Shown here in pieces: positions 7,216 through 15,709 of a stretch of DNA of 15,962 bases. Each line of letters opens with the position of its first letter. The first letter of the stretch is position 1. Under the pieces are notes generated by a model. That model ran no database searches and was not told the origin of the DNA. It saw only the letters and a program-made list of their open reading frames with translations. A program made the position numbers and the translations under genes. The stretch comes from Promethearchaeota archaeon (GTDB lineage: Archaea; Asgardarchaeota; Lokiarchaeia; Sigyniarchaeales; SOKP01), in NCBI GenBank assembly GCA_016840085.1, contig JAEOTA010000016.1, forward strand, positions 1 through 15,962, in the 5' to 3' direction.

Positions 7216-8391
7216 ATGAAAAAGAAGATTTTATTTTTGGTTGGAGTTTTATTTATAGCTGTATTGGTGTTCTTTCCTTCCCCTACAAGAGCCATAATTA
7301 GAGATCAGACTATTTCAACAATAGCGGACAAGGATAGCTATGTAACTATTAGTGATCCAAATGCGAATTTTGGTGGAAGAGATTGGTTGACATTCGGATT
7401 TGACTTAGGTTTTTCTTCTTGGAATGAAGCATATTTTCACTTTAATTTTTCTGATAAACCGATTAATTGGATAAAAGCAGAAATTTCATTAGATGTATAT
7501 TATGTGTCAGAAACATTTAACATGACTGTATGTTTGATAAATAAGACGTGGAATGAATATGAGATTACTTGGTATGAAAGACCGGAGCATAGAGAAATAA
7601 TTACCACTTTTCCAGTAGCAGAAGAGAAAATCTATAAATTCAATATTACTAATTATATAGAGGGACGAGATGGCATTTCTGTATGTCTTAACATTTCGGA
7701 CCGTGAGCATAAAGGATATGCTAAAGCAAGATCAAAAGAAGGATTTTATTCTTGGAATCCAGAAGATGCCCCTCAATTAATTTGGACATACCCAGAGACT
7801 GTGGAAATAACTGTTATAAGTCCTAAATCTTCTGATGTTTGGGAAGATTTTTATTCGTATGACATAAAATGGACATCAAAAGGTTCAATCGAGCATGTAA
7901 AAATTCAATTATATAAAGGATCTACATTCATAGAAGATATTACATATACATATACTGAGAATGACGGTGAATATGAATTCTATGTCTTTAGTTCAGAAAA
8001 TTATAAAGGTACAGATTACAGAATAAAAATCACGGATTATGACGATTCAAGAGTTTACGATTACAGTGATTATTTTTCAATTAATGAAGAGCCCCCATCT
8101 GATGGGAAAGGAGACGGTAATACTCAATCAATAGCATATGTTCCTGGAATAGGAATTATCATAGGTGTAATTGGAGGTCTTGCGGCAGTAGGGGTAGTAC
8201 TTTATTTAATATTAAGCCAGCAAAGAAAGAAAAGAATTATTTCACCACCAATTCCCCCAATACACCCTTATCAAACTTCAGTTCCCCCACAAACACCTTC
8301 AATGCTCAAATATTGTCCTAATTGTGGCACTACAATTCCTATAGAAGGTAAATTTTGTAAACATTGTGGCTTTGAACTTAGTAATGTTTAA
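7216..8391 (+). CDS. Type I membrane protein: signal peptide + DNRLRE/CBM96-like domain + Ig-like domain + TM + Pro-rich linker + cytoplasmic double zinc ribbon
   Basis: MKKKILFL... signal peptide. ADKDSYV...PNANFGG...AYFHFNF...AEISL...W.E..ITW...SKE...PQL is DNRLRE-like. TM GIGIIIGVIGGLAAVGVVLYLIL is followed by QQRKKR and CPNCG-x7-FCKHCG. Confidence 0.9.
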   Translation: MKKKILFLVGVLFIAVLVFFPSPTRAIIRDQTISTIADKDSYVTISDPNANFGGRDWLTFGFDLGFSSWNEAYFHFNFSDKPINWIKAEISLDVYYVSETFNMTVCLINKTWNEYEITWYERPEHREIITTFPVAEEKIYKFNITNYIEGRDGISVCLNISDREHKGYAKARSKEGFYSWNPEDAPQLIWTYPETVEITVISPKSSDVWEDFYSYDIKWTSKGSIEHVKIQLYKGSTFIEDITYTYTENDGEYEFYVFSSENYKGTDYRIKITDYDDSRVYDYSDYFSINEEPPSDGKGDGNTQSIAYVPGIGIIIGVIGGLAAVGVVLYLILSQQRKKRIISPPIPPIHPYQTSVPPQTPSMLKYCPNCGTTIPIEGKFCKHCGFELSNV

Positions 8392-8723
8392 CTTTGATCT
8401 TAGTAAATTATTCTTTTTTATAATCTTAAATTTCTATTTATATCTTAGAAGAGGGGTATTGTCTAGATATGTAACTACCAAAGAGAGATAGTACACACCT
8501 TTGGTAAAGATATTGCTATAAGAGTGTCTGTGTAAATATGTTAACCATTGTTTGAGTTATAGATGTAACAACGCCAATCGTTCCGATTTAATTTTCGCTA
8601 TGAAAATTTAACAAAACTTTTTCATATTATAAATTTTAAATAGTTGATTTTTCCTTTAATAATTGTAGGAATATTAATAGTAAAGATAAAAATACAAATA
8701 CAATAGTAAAATGATGAATTAGA

Positions 8724-9115
8724 ATGACAGAAATTCATGAAGAAATTAATCAACGGATAAAAGAGCTTTCAGATATCTTAAGCATTGATGATTCAAGACT
8801 AACCAATGCTTCTATTATCTTTGGACTTTATAAATATTTATTACCTTATCAAAAACGAAGAGATAAGCTTCATAAAGAGAAGGTATATAAACAGACTGAT
8901 GAGATATTTTGATTTATTGTATTTATACCATGTTGAAATATTTCTTGTGGGTTAAAAAGTATAAAAGATGGAGCGATGTAATCTATCAGATAAGAACTAA
9001 TATTTTTAAAAGATTACACATTTCTGGGTTTCAGAGTGTCGGAAAATCAAGAGAAATGATTAAAGCCTTAGTCATAAAAAATGTTAATACTAAACTCTCT
9101 GAATCAAAAGATTAA
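8724..9115 (+). other. Two short overlapping hypothetical ORFs (8724-8912 and 8909-9115), possibly one frameshifted gene
   Basis: The ORFs abut in different frames, and the third frame is open across the junction (YINRLMRYFDLLYLYHVEIFL). No recognised motif. Confidence 0.35.
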
Positions 9116-9132
9116 GTGGTAGAGTCAGATTC

Positions 9133-9528
9133 TTAATAAGTCTTCTCTTTATTATTATCTGACCGTGTGGTTAAATTTCTTGCTTTTATATAATCAGAAA
9201 GCTCCTGCTGTAATAATTCTTTATCAGACTTTATTGGATTAGCTGCCTTTAGTTGTTTCGAAAAACTAATTTCTGATCGCTTCTTCTCATCGATAGGAAG
9301 TTCTGTGATAAATTTATTAGAAAGATCTTTAATCAGTTTATCTTTAATAGGATCTACCTTACCATAGCGATGACCTGTAAAATTGCACTGAACAAATTTT
9401 TCACCATCTGATTCATAATATCCACATCTACGGCAAAATAAATCCTGTAAATATAAATTTGTCTTTGGGCATAATACTAAGTCTATTCCTATTTTATCGG
9501 GTCTAATTGGTATTTTTTTAACGTTCAT
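9133..9528 (-). CDS. Hypothetical protein with N-terminal four-Cys metal-binding motif
   Basis: CPKTNLYLQDLFCRRCGYYESDGEKFVQC followed by a charged helical tail. Confidence 0.7.
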   Translation of the reverse strand: MNVKKIPIRPDKIGIDLVLCPKTNLYLQDLFCRRCGYYESDGEKFVQCNFTGHRYGKVDPIKDKLIKDLSNKFITELPIDEKKRSEISFSKQLKAANPIKSDKELLQQELSDYIKARNLTTRSDNNKEKTY

Positions 9529-10032
9529 ATATTCACTATTTTTAATTTTGCTGTGAAGAAGAGATGAGATTCAACCGGATCTATCTTATAATAATTAGAT
9601 AAATACTGTCGATTAAATAATAAAATTACAATATTAAAAATTTATTTTAAAGAAAATGATGATTATTATACAACTAGACGAACTTGCTTTTCATTGGCAC
9701 TTCTAATCTTACATTGATTTTTAATCATAAGCGCAACCCAATTGGCATTGAATTCTTTTTAATTGAAAACTCTCATTATAAAGGTATCTATAAATTGCCG
9801 TAATTACAAAAATAATGTAGTATTTTACTCTTTACAATAAAATCTATTACTATCAGAAGAAAGTTGGAAATGAAAGATTAGCTTAATATACTTCCAAAAG
9901 TAGTGGTTCTACTAGAAATAACAATTCTTTAGAAAAAAGATATTAATGTAAAAAAAAGTATATTATCATATGAAACAAGAAATAATTGCTTAGTAATAAT
10001 ATGTAATTAAAATCTAAGTGGTCAGGAAATAT

Positions 10033-10560
10033 ATGTCCTTCGAAAAGACCATATGTCCATATATAAGTAAATGTTTAAAATATGTTAATGGGGGCTGTTC
10101 TAAATTGAGGAAATTTCAGGAATGCGGTGATTATGAGGATTTCGAAGCGGAATCATCTGGAGTTAACCTCAATGATGTGTCAAGATATGTCGTAGAAAAA
10201 ATGAGCAAGGTTGATAAAAGTGAAATGAAAATTGACAAAATATTTGAAGAATGTCCTTATAAATTGAATTGCCATCTTATATTTGAAAAAGAGTGCGATA
10301 AAAGAAGATTAAATAATGAATGCGATACTATATGCGAAGACTGTGGGCTTTATTTACCCGAATATGGTGTGTACTGCGAAACAATTGAATATAATAAATG
10401 TGAGTCTTATAAAGTTATGTCAGTTTTAAAGGAGAGTTATGCAGAAGTTGGGGTGTATAACACTAATGATTTAAAGGAATTTTATGGTGAAGAATTATAT
10501 GATCAGCTCGGAGCATATATTAGATGTACATTCATAGAGCTAGAAGACTGTCAAAAATAA
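10033..10560 (+). CDS. Cys-rich hypothetical protein with duplicated CPY-initiated four-Cys module
   Basis: 14 Cys, with two copies of C-x5-C-x7-C-x8-C. ATG at 10033 is preferred over GTG at 10018. Confidence 0.75.
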   Translation: MSFEKTICPYISKCLKYVNGGCSKLRKFQECGDYEDFEAESSGVNLNDVSRYVVEKMSKVDKSEMKIDKIFEECPYKLNCHLIFEKECDKRRLNNECDTICEDCGLYLPEYGVYCETIEYNKCESYKVMSVLKESYAEVGVYNTNDLKEFYGEELYDQLGAYIRCTFIELEDCQK

Positions 10561-10747
10561 TTCTGATCTCCATGTATCCTTAAATTATTTAAGAAAATAC
10601 TTTAATTTATTATTATCTTCTGACATTTTCGTAGTAAAGATTTAAAAAAGACCCATAAATTCAATCTTCTTACTCTTTCTTTATTGTCAAGACACTCTTT
10701 GCATTCTAGATTTTTGCTTAAGAAATGGTGTTTTTATTATTCCTTTG

Positions 10748-11249
10748 ATGAAAAGAATCAGATAAGCATAAATTATTAAAAGAATTTGGAAAACTTATAG
10801 TAAATAAAGAACTGCAAGTTCCAAATGATCATATTTATGAAGAATTTTCTATAGGCTCTGCAAAATTTGATGTGATTGCTTACCCTCCAGTTAATATGAA
10901 TGATTTAAGAATCATTGGAATAGAATGTGGAACAAAGAAAAGCAATAAAAAAGAGATTTATATTCATTTTAAGAAATGTTTGAAATTTGTTGATTATATC
11001 ATATGGATACCTTATGATGCACTACTTGCACCCTTCATCGATTTAATAAATGCCAAAATTAATGAATTACTATTTTTACCTTGTTCATTTAAGATAAATA
11101 ATCCAAAATATTTTGAAATCGCCAATTATGTATATGAAAATAAAGTTGGAGCCTTATTAATAACTATGGAAGACAGATATCCTTATTTGGAAAGTGAAAT
11201 GAGAATGATAAGAATTATTTTTAATGATCTAAATCCAGATAATAATTAG
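10748..11249 (+). pseudogene. PD-(D/E)XK-like nuclease (CoiA-like ESxxH N-terminus) whose start codon is out of frame by one base
   Basis: The frame of ORF 10872-11249 is open back to 10752: KESDKHKLLKEFG...IYEEFSIGSAKFDVIAY...IIGIECG. The ATG at 10748 is followed by AAAA; removing one A gives MKESDKH. Confidence 0.6.
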
Positions 11250-11815
11250 TATATAATTATTGATGAAAACTATTTCACATCTGATATTTTATAAATCTAA
11301 ATATATCATGAATAATAAAAAAATTTTAACCTATTCTAATTGCCCCTCTTAAGTTCTTAAAAGTTACTTCCTTGAGAACAAGTTGTTTATTTGGCAGATT
11401 TATTTCAAAAACACCACCTTTTTTTTCCCTTAATTAGAACATCCTTAAATTTCATATTAATCTCTTCAATTATCAAGTTATGAATTGGTTGTGTAACTAT
11501 TTTTAGGGCAATTTTTCTTAAATTTCTACGGATTGTTATGTAATTTGATGCAATTGAACATTTTTTAATATTAGATGAAGGCTAATATTGAAGCCGGCAA
11601 TTTACTTTTCTATAGGATCCATTGTTATCTTTCACTACTTCAATATTTATAATAAATAAAATGCTCACACTTAAAAAAATGGGTTTACTCACTTAGAGTT
11701 TTGAGATTTTTAACTACTAAATATATAATTTTAAAATATTTATAACGCACTAAATAATTTTCCATATTTTAATTCAAAATATATAAATAGTCAATTGAAG
11801 GTTATATTATTTAGT

Positions 11816-12226
11816 ATGTCAATTTCATCAAAAACTATAAATGTAATCCTTCTCAGTGGCGTAGTTCTCTTTTTTATTGGAACCTTTTCAATTATTTTTT
11901 ATTTCATAATGTGTTCTGTAATTGAGATAATTATATCTCCTTTATATTCTATAATTGGATGGTTATTATTTGCTATTGGAGGATTTTTTATTGGAATAAC
12001 ACCAAGGAAGTATTACCATACTATAAAAAGGGGGAATAAGAGAACCTTGGAAATAGAATTACTTATTATAGGTTTATGTGGATTAATATTAGGTACTTTT
12101 ATATCTATAGCTGTTGATATTTATATTTATAGAAATGATGGGGTATTTCCCTTTCGAACATTATTATTTTTTACTGCTGGTTTTGTAGGATTTATTATAG
12201 TAAAAATAATACGGAAAAAAAAGTAG
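11816..12226 (+). CDS. Hypothetical integral membrane protein, about 4 TM helices
   Basis: Four hydrophobic segments and a basic C-terminus (IIRKKK). ATG at 11816. Confidence 0.75.
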   Translation: MSISSKTINVILLSGVVLFFIGTFSIIFYFIMCSVIEIIISPLYSIIGWLLFAIGGFFIGITPRKYYHTIKRGNKRTLEIELLIIGLCGLILGTFISIAVDIYIYRNDGVFPFRTLLFFTAGFVGFIIVKIIRKKK

Positions 12227-12323
12227 TAGGCGAAATTATTTATTGCGTTATAAATAGTTTATAATGATAAATGTGATATTATAATAATGTTAAAGAGTCT
12301 TTACTTTTTATCGAGTGATTATA

Positions 12324-12746
12324 ATGAAGCCTGAGATTTATATTAAAAAAATAATTGACAGCACTGGATTAACCAAAAGCAAAATTGAGGAGTTGGTTGA
12401 AAAGAAAAAGGATGAATTAAAAGGATTAATTTCTAATGAGGGTGCTTTATTCATTATTGCAAGAGATTTGGGCGTTGACATGAAGGATGAGAATAGCGAA
12501 ATTGTAAAAGATATAGAACTGAATATTTCCAGTATTAGTGAAAACATGAAAAACATTGAAATTTTCGGGAGAGTCAGGGAAGTTCATGATATCCGTAGTT
12601 TTAAGAGGGATAGTAATGAAATTGGACACGTTGGATCGTTTGTCCTCTATGACACGACAGGAGAGATTCGAATTATATTATGGGATGATCAAGTTAACGT
12701 TCTTAAAGACTCCCGTTTCGAAAAAAACGGATTGGTCAAGATATAA
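12324..12746 (+). pseudogene. rpa: Replication protein A-like gene (DUF2240 N-terminal domain + incomplete first OB fold), 3'-truncated
   Basis: TGLTKSKIEELVEKKKDELKGLISNEGALFIIARDLGV is DUF2240-like. IEIFGRV...IRSFKRD...GHVGSFVLYDTTGEIRIILWDDQV is OB-fold-like. It stops at LVKI followed by TAA TAG, before the last OB strands. Confidence 0.75.
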
Positions 12747-12804
12747 TAGAAAGTAGAAAGTGAAATTATTAAAAAATGATTAGCATTCATAGTTTTCATT
12801 GAAA

Positions 12805-13800
12805 TTATATGGGTTTGACGAGAGTTTTTAAAAACTCTGGATCCATTTTTTCAATAATTTCTGCCAATTTTGCATTTACTTCTGATATTTTCACCCGACT
12901 TTTTTCAGAATTAAGGTCATTAAAAAAATCATCAGCACTTTGATCTAATGGGACGGACTCGTGAAACTCCTGAGTTTCTTTTGATTCTTCTTTTTTAAAA
13001 TCTGTAGTATAATCAATTTCTTCACCATTATATTCAGTGAAGCGAAATCTCGGATTCTTTAATAGCCTATTTATAAACTCTTCTTGCATTAATTTAAGAG
13101 ATACATTTATTCCAATTAAGACTCTATCTATATAGAATTTAATGAAATAGTACAAATGCTTTTCGTTTTGCCATTCATCAACATAAATATAGAATGCCGG
13201 TTGGTTTGGTCTCAGGGGTTTTCTATATACCTCAAAAAGTCTAGGCTTTGGCTTGATATTATTCATTATAGTTCTTCTAATCTTTTTTAGGAGAACATCT
13301 AAAAATAAAACTTCCGAAATTTTCTCTTTGGTTTGATTTATGTTTTTTTCAGGTGCATTTTGCTCTCCGACTTTAATTACCTCTTCTACTTGGAGGTCGT
13401 TATTGAGAACTAATAAACCAATGTTAAAATGCTTTAAAATAGATTCAAAGTCTTGAAAATACTCCTCTTTTATAATTTTCTCCAGATACTCTTTTTCAAA
13501 GAAAATATATAAATAATCACAATAATTTCTATTTGAGATCCCTTGACCAATCACTTCCCAGAGCTTTCCTTTAACATTTTTAATAAGTTTTCCTTGACAG
13601 AGATATATTTTATCTCCTCCAATACCATACACATCTGGATTTGAACAGTAATTATTTAGTTCCAATCTCCAACCAGTATTCTTTGGTACACCTTCATGAG
13701 AGTCATACCCAAATGATTCTATAGATTCTGAACTGTTAGAAAGCTTTTTTAAATAATTCTTAACTGGTTCAAACATTTCTCCCTCATAATTAATAGGCAT
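12805..13800 (-). CDS. PD-(D/E)XK-superfamily (restriction endonuclease-like) protein with C-terminal unknown domain
   Basis: YEGEMFEPVKNYL...NPDVYG...IYLCQGK...EVIGQGISNRNYCDYLYIFF...NIGLLVL fits the E...PD...(E/Q)xK...GQ...GIGLL pattern. SD-like AGAGGT lies upstream of the ATG. Confidence 0.75.
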   Translation of the reverse strand: MPINYEGEMFEPVKNYLKKLSNSSESIESFGYDSHEGVPKNTGWRLELNNYCSNPDVYGIGGDKIYLCQGKLIKNVKGKLWEVIGQGISNRNYCDYLYIFFEKEYLEKIIKEEYFQDFESILKHFNIGLLVLNNDLQVEEVIKVGEQNAPEKNINQTKEKISEVLFLDVLLKKIRRTIMNNIKPKPRLFEVYRKPLRPNQPAFYIYVDEWQNEKHLYYFIKFYIDRVLIGINVSLKLMQEEFINRLLKNPRFRFTEYNGEEIDYTTDFKKEESKETQEFHESVPLDQSADDFFNDLNSEKSRVKISEVNAKLAEIIEKMDPEFLKTLVKPI

Positions 13801-13934
13801 TCAATTAATACCTCTTACATCTTTTTTATTAAATTCCATTAAAATTATTATCGTTTAAAAGTTTTTATACTAAAGGATGTATAAGCGTGTTTAAGATAAT
13901 TTATTGTATTCTCCTATCGCATATACTATCATTT

Positions 13935-14285
13935 TTAGTCCTGCACTTCATATAATCTAAAACAACTGCAACATTCTAATTGATATTTTCTTGGTAAAAG
14001 TCCACTTTTTTGTAATTGCCAACATAATAATACATATCCTCTATTTAACAATTCATTTTGATTTTTACACTTTTCACAGTATTTATGTTTCTGATAAAAT
14101 TTCAAAAAATTTTCATCATTCCAAATAACACAATCCTTATAATAGACACAATCTTGGCAATACTCCCTAGAGGGAATTCCTTCATTTTGTAACTCTTTTG
14201 TTTTACATGTTACATTTGTAATTGACAAAAAATCTAATATATATTCTTTTGTAAAATTTAATTCTGGATAAAACAAAATTCTCAA
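13935..14285 (-). CDS. Cys-rich hypothetical protein
   Basis: 10 Cys including CQDC, CEKC and CCSC. The TTG start is uncertain. Confidence 0.6.
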   Translation of the reverse strand: MRILFYPELNFTKEYILDFLSITNVTCKTKELQNEGIPSREYCQDCVYYKDCVIWNDENFLKFYQKHKYCEKCKNQNELLNRGYVLLCWQLQKSGLLPRKYQLECCSCFRLYEVQD

Positions 14286-14580
14286 ATAAAATTGATAAAA
14301 AATTATTCCGTTTTATATTAACTTTTATATGATTTAAATGTTTATGAGATCATTTCGACAATTTACCTTTAATCCCTATTTATTTTTGCTTATAAGTAAT
14401 ACTCATTTATCTCAATATCAGTATGCTTAATCTTTTTTTATCAATTGGATTACATTAGAGCGATACATTAATAATTTATGGATAAAGGTTTTATTGGGAA
14501 ACGTAAGAAAAACTTAGAAAAAGACACACGTTCTTGGACATGTTTATGTCAATAAAATCTAGGTCAAAGATAGATTTAGT

Positions 14581-15405
14581 TTGAAAAGCCAGATTGAGTC
14601 CGATTATGATATAATAGAAAATCTTGAAAAATTCGAAAAAGAATTTGAAAGTAGGTATCAAGATAAGACCTTTACTACTTTTGAAGAATGGCGCGATGAA
14701 TTTTTATTTTATTTAGAAGCCCCCGCTGAGCAAGTAATAGAGCAAGTAGAAGTAATAACAGAAGAAAGGGAATCTATTATATCATTATTAAGAAGAAGAC
14801 TTTTAAGAGAAAGACCTGAAAAGATTAAGATCACAAAGGAACGCTATGAGCCGCCCATAAAACTATTACCTAAAGAAAAGATTTGGAAGTATCTTTTCTT
14901 CCCCTCAGTGTTGTTATTAATAGAATTTATATTCATTTGGGCTTTCTTTCCAGAGCTTCAATTCTTACATGGCTATTCTGTTATAACGACAGGTGTATTA
15001 TTATCGCTTATCGGTCTAGGATTAGTGATAAATTACCGCCAAGTAACAAATTGGGTTTATTTCATTCATAGGCACGGATTGTTTTTCATCTTTGCGACAT
15101 TGACGCCAGTTATACTATTTACACCACTTAGATTTTCAGAAGTATATATTTGGGTATATAACTTCACACTCGCCTTCTTTTTTCTCATAATAATTCCCTT
15201 ATGTGTTATGGGGTTTATAGGGGCATTTTATTATCATTACTTTCCTTCATTGGCAGAGTGGAAAGACAAGCGAAACGTTAAAAGGATGACTTATAGATTT
15301 ATAGCAGAATGCCCATACGGAACATTTAAAGATTCATATGAAAGTGCTAAGGCATTTGCCGGATTCATACAAGATCAAGATAAGGTCGGAGATTTGCTCG
15401 AATAA
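14581..15405 (+). CDS. Hypothetical membrane protein: charged N-terminal domain + about 4-5 TM helices; true start uncertain
   Basis: 274-aa ORF with an acidic/charged N-terminal third followed by hydrophobic segments. The TTG start may be an artefact of an upstream frameshift (ATG 14546 frame MSIKSRSKIDLV stops at 14582). Confidence 0.75.
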   Translation: MKSQIESDYDIIENLEKFEKEFESRYQDKTFTTFEEWRDEFLFYLEAPAEQVIEQVEVITEERESIISLLRRRLLRERPEKIKITKERYEPPIKLLPKEKIWKYLFFPSVLLLIEFIFIWAFFPELQFLHGYSVITTGVLLSLIGLGLVINYRQVTNWVYFIHRHGLFFIFATLTPVILFTPLRFSEVYIWVYNFTLAFFFLIIIPLCVMGFIGAFYYHYFPSLAEWKDKRNVKRMTYRFIAECPYGTFKDSYESAKAFAGFIQDQDKVGDLLE

Positions 15406-15709
15406 TTTTGCTCAAGAATATATATAAGTAGTAGTATCGAATTGTATAGTTTGTTGGTCTTCCAAGATAATTGAGACTATGACATCCCAAATTATCTCCC
15501 CATCATCATACACGATTAAAATCTCTCTAATTTTTTTTGTTTGTAAATATTTTATTTGGCAATTTAAAATAATAGTTAAAAAAATTTAGTAATAAAAAGA
15601 CATAAAAATTTTGATATAATTAAGGTAGCAGTTTTAATATGTGAATATTCATAGAATTAATTAGATGTTGTTAATTTAAATTTAAAAGTAAATGGAGGGA
15701 ATTTATAGA

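Noticed and set aside
7507-7710. 67-aa minus-strand ORF
   Set aside because: Antisense shadow inside the 7216 gene.
1-8120. Diversity-generating retroelement TR/VR pair explaining the two similar regions
   Set aside because: Differences are not adenine-specific, include many synonymous third-position changes and codon indels, both copies are coding, and no reverse transcriptase is present.
8440-8506. Short inverted repeats (TACCAAAG/CTTTGGTA) as ncRNA or MITE end
   Set aside because: Only 8 bp of perfect pairing, no target-site duplication and no second copy in the window.
12338-12756. ORFs 12338-12556 (-), 12447-12629 (-) and 12556-12756 (+)
   Set aside because: All overlap the RPA-like frame. 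The plus-strand one does not supply the missing OB-fold strands.
14883-15071. 62-aa alternative-frame ORF
   Set aside because: Nested within the membrane protein gene with no motif.
15412-15582. Minus-strand open stretch (...KKIREILIVYDDGEIIWDVIVSIILEDQQTIQFDTTTYIYS*)
   Set aside because: About 57 codons without a start codon at its 5' end or a recognisable family. It may be a remnant but cannot be supported.
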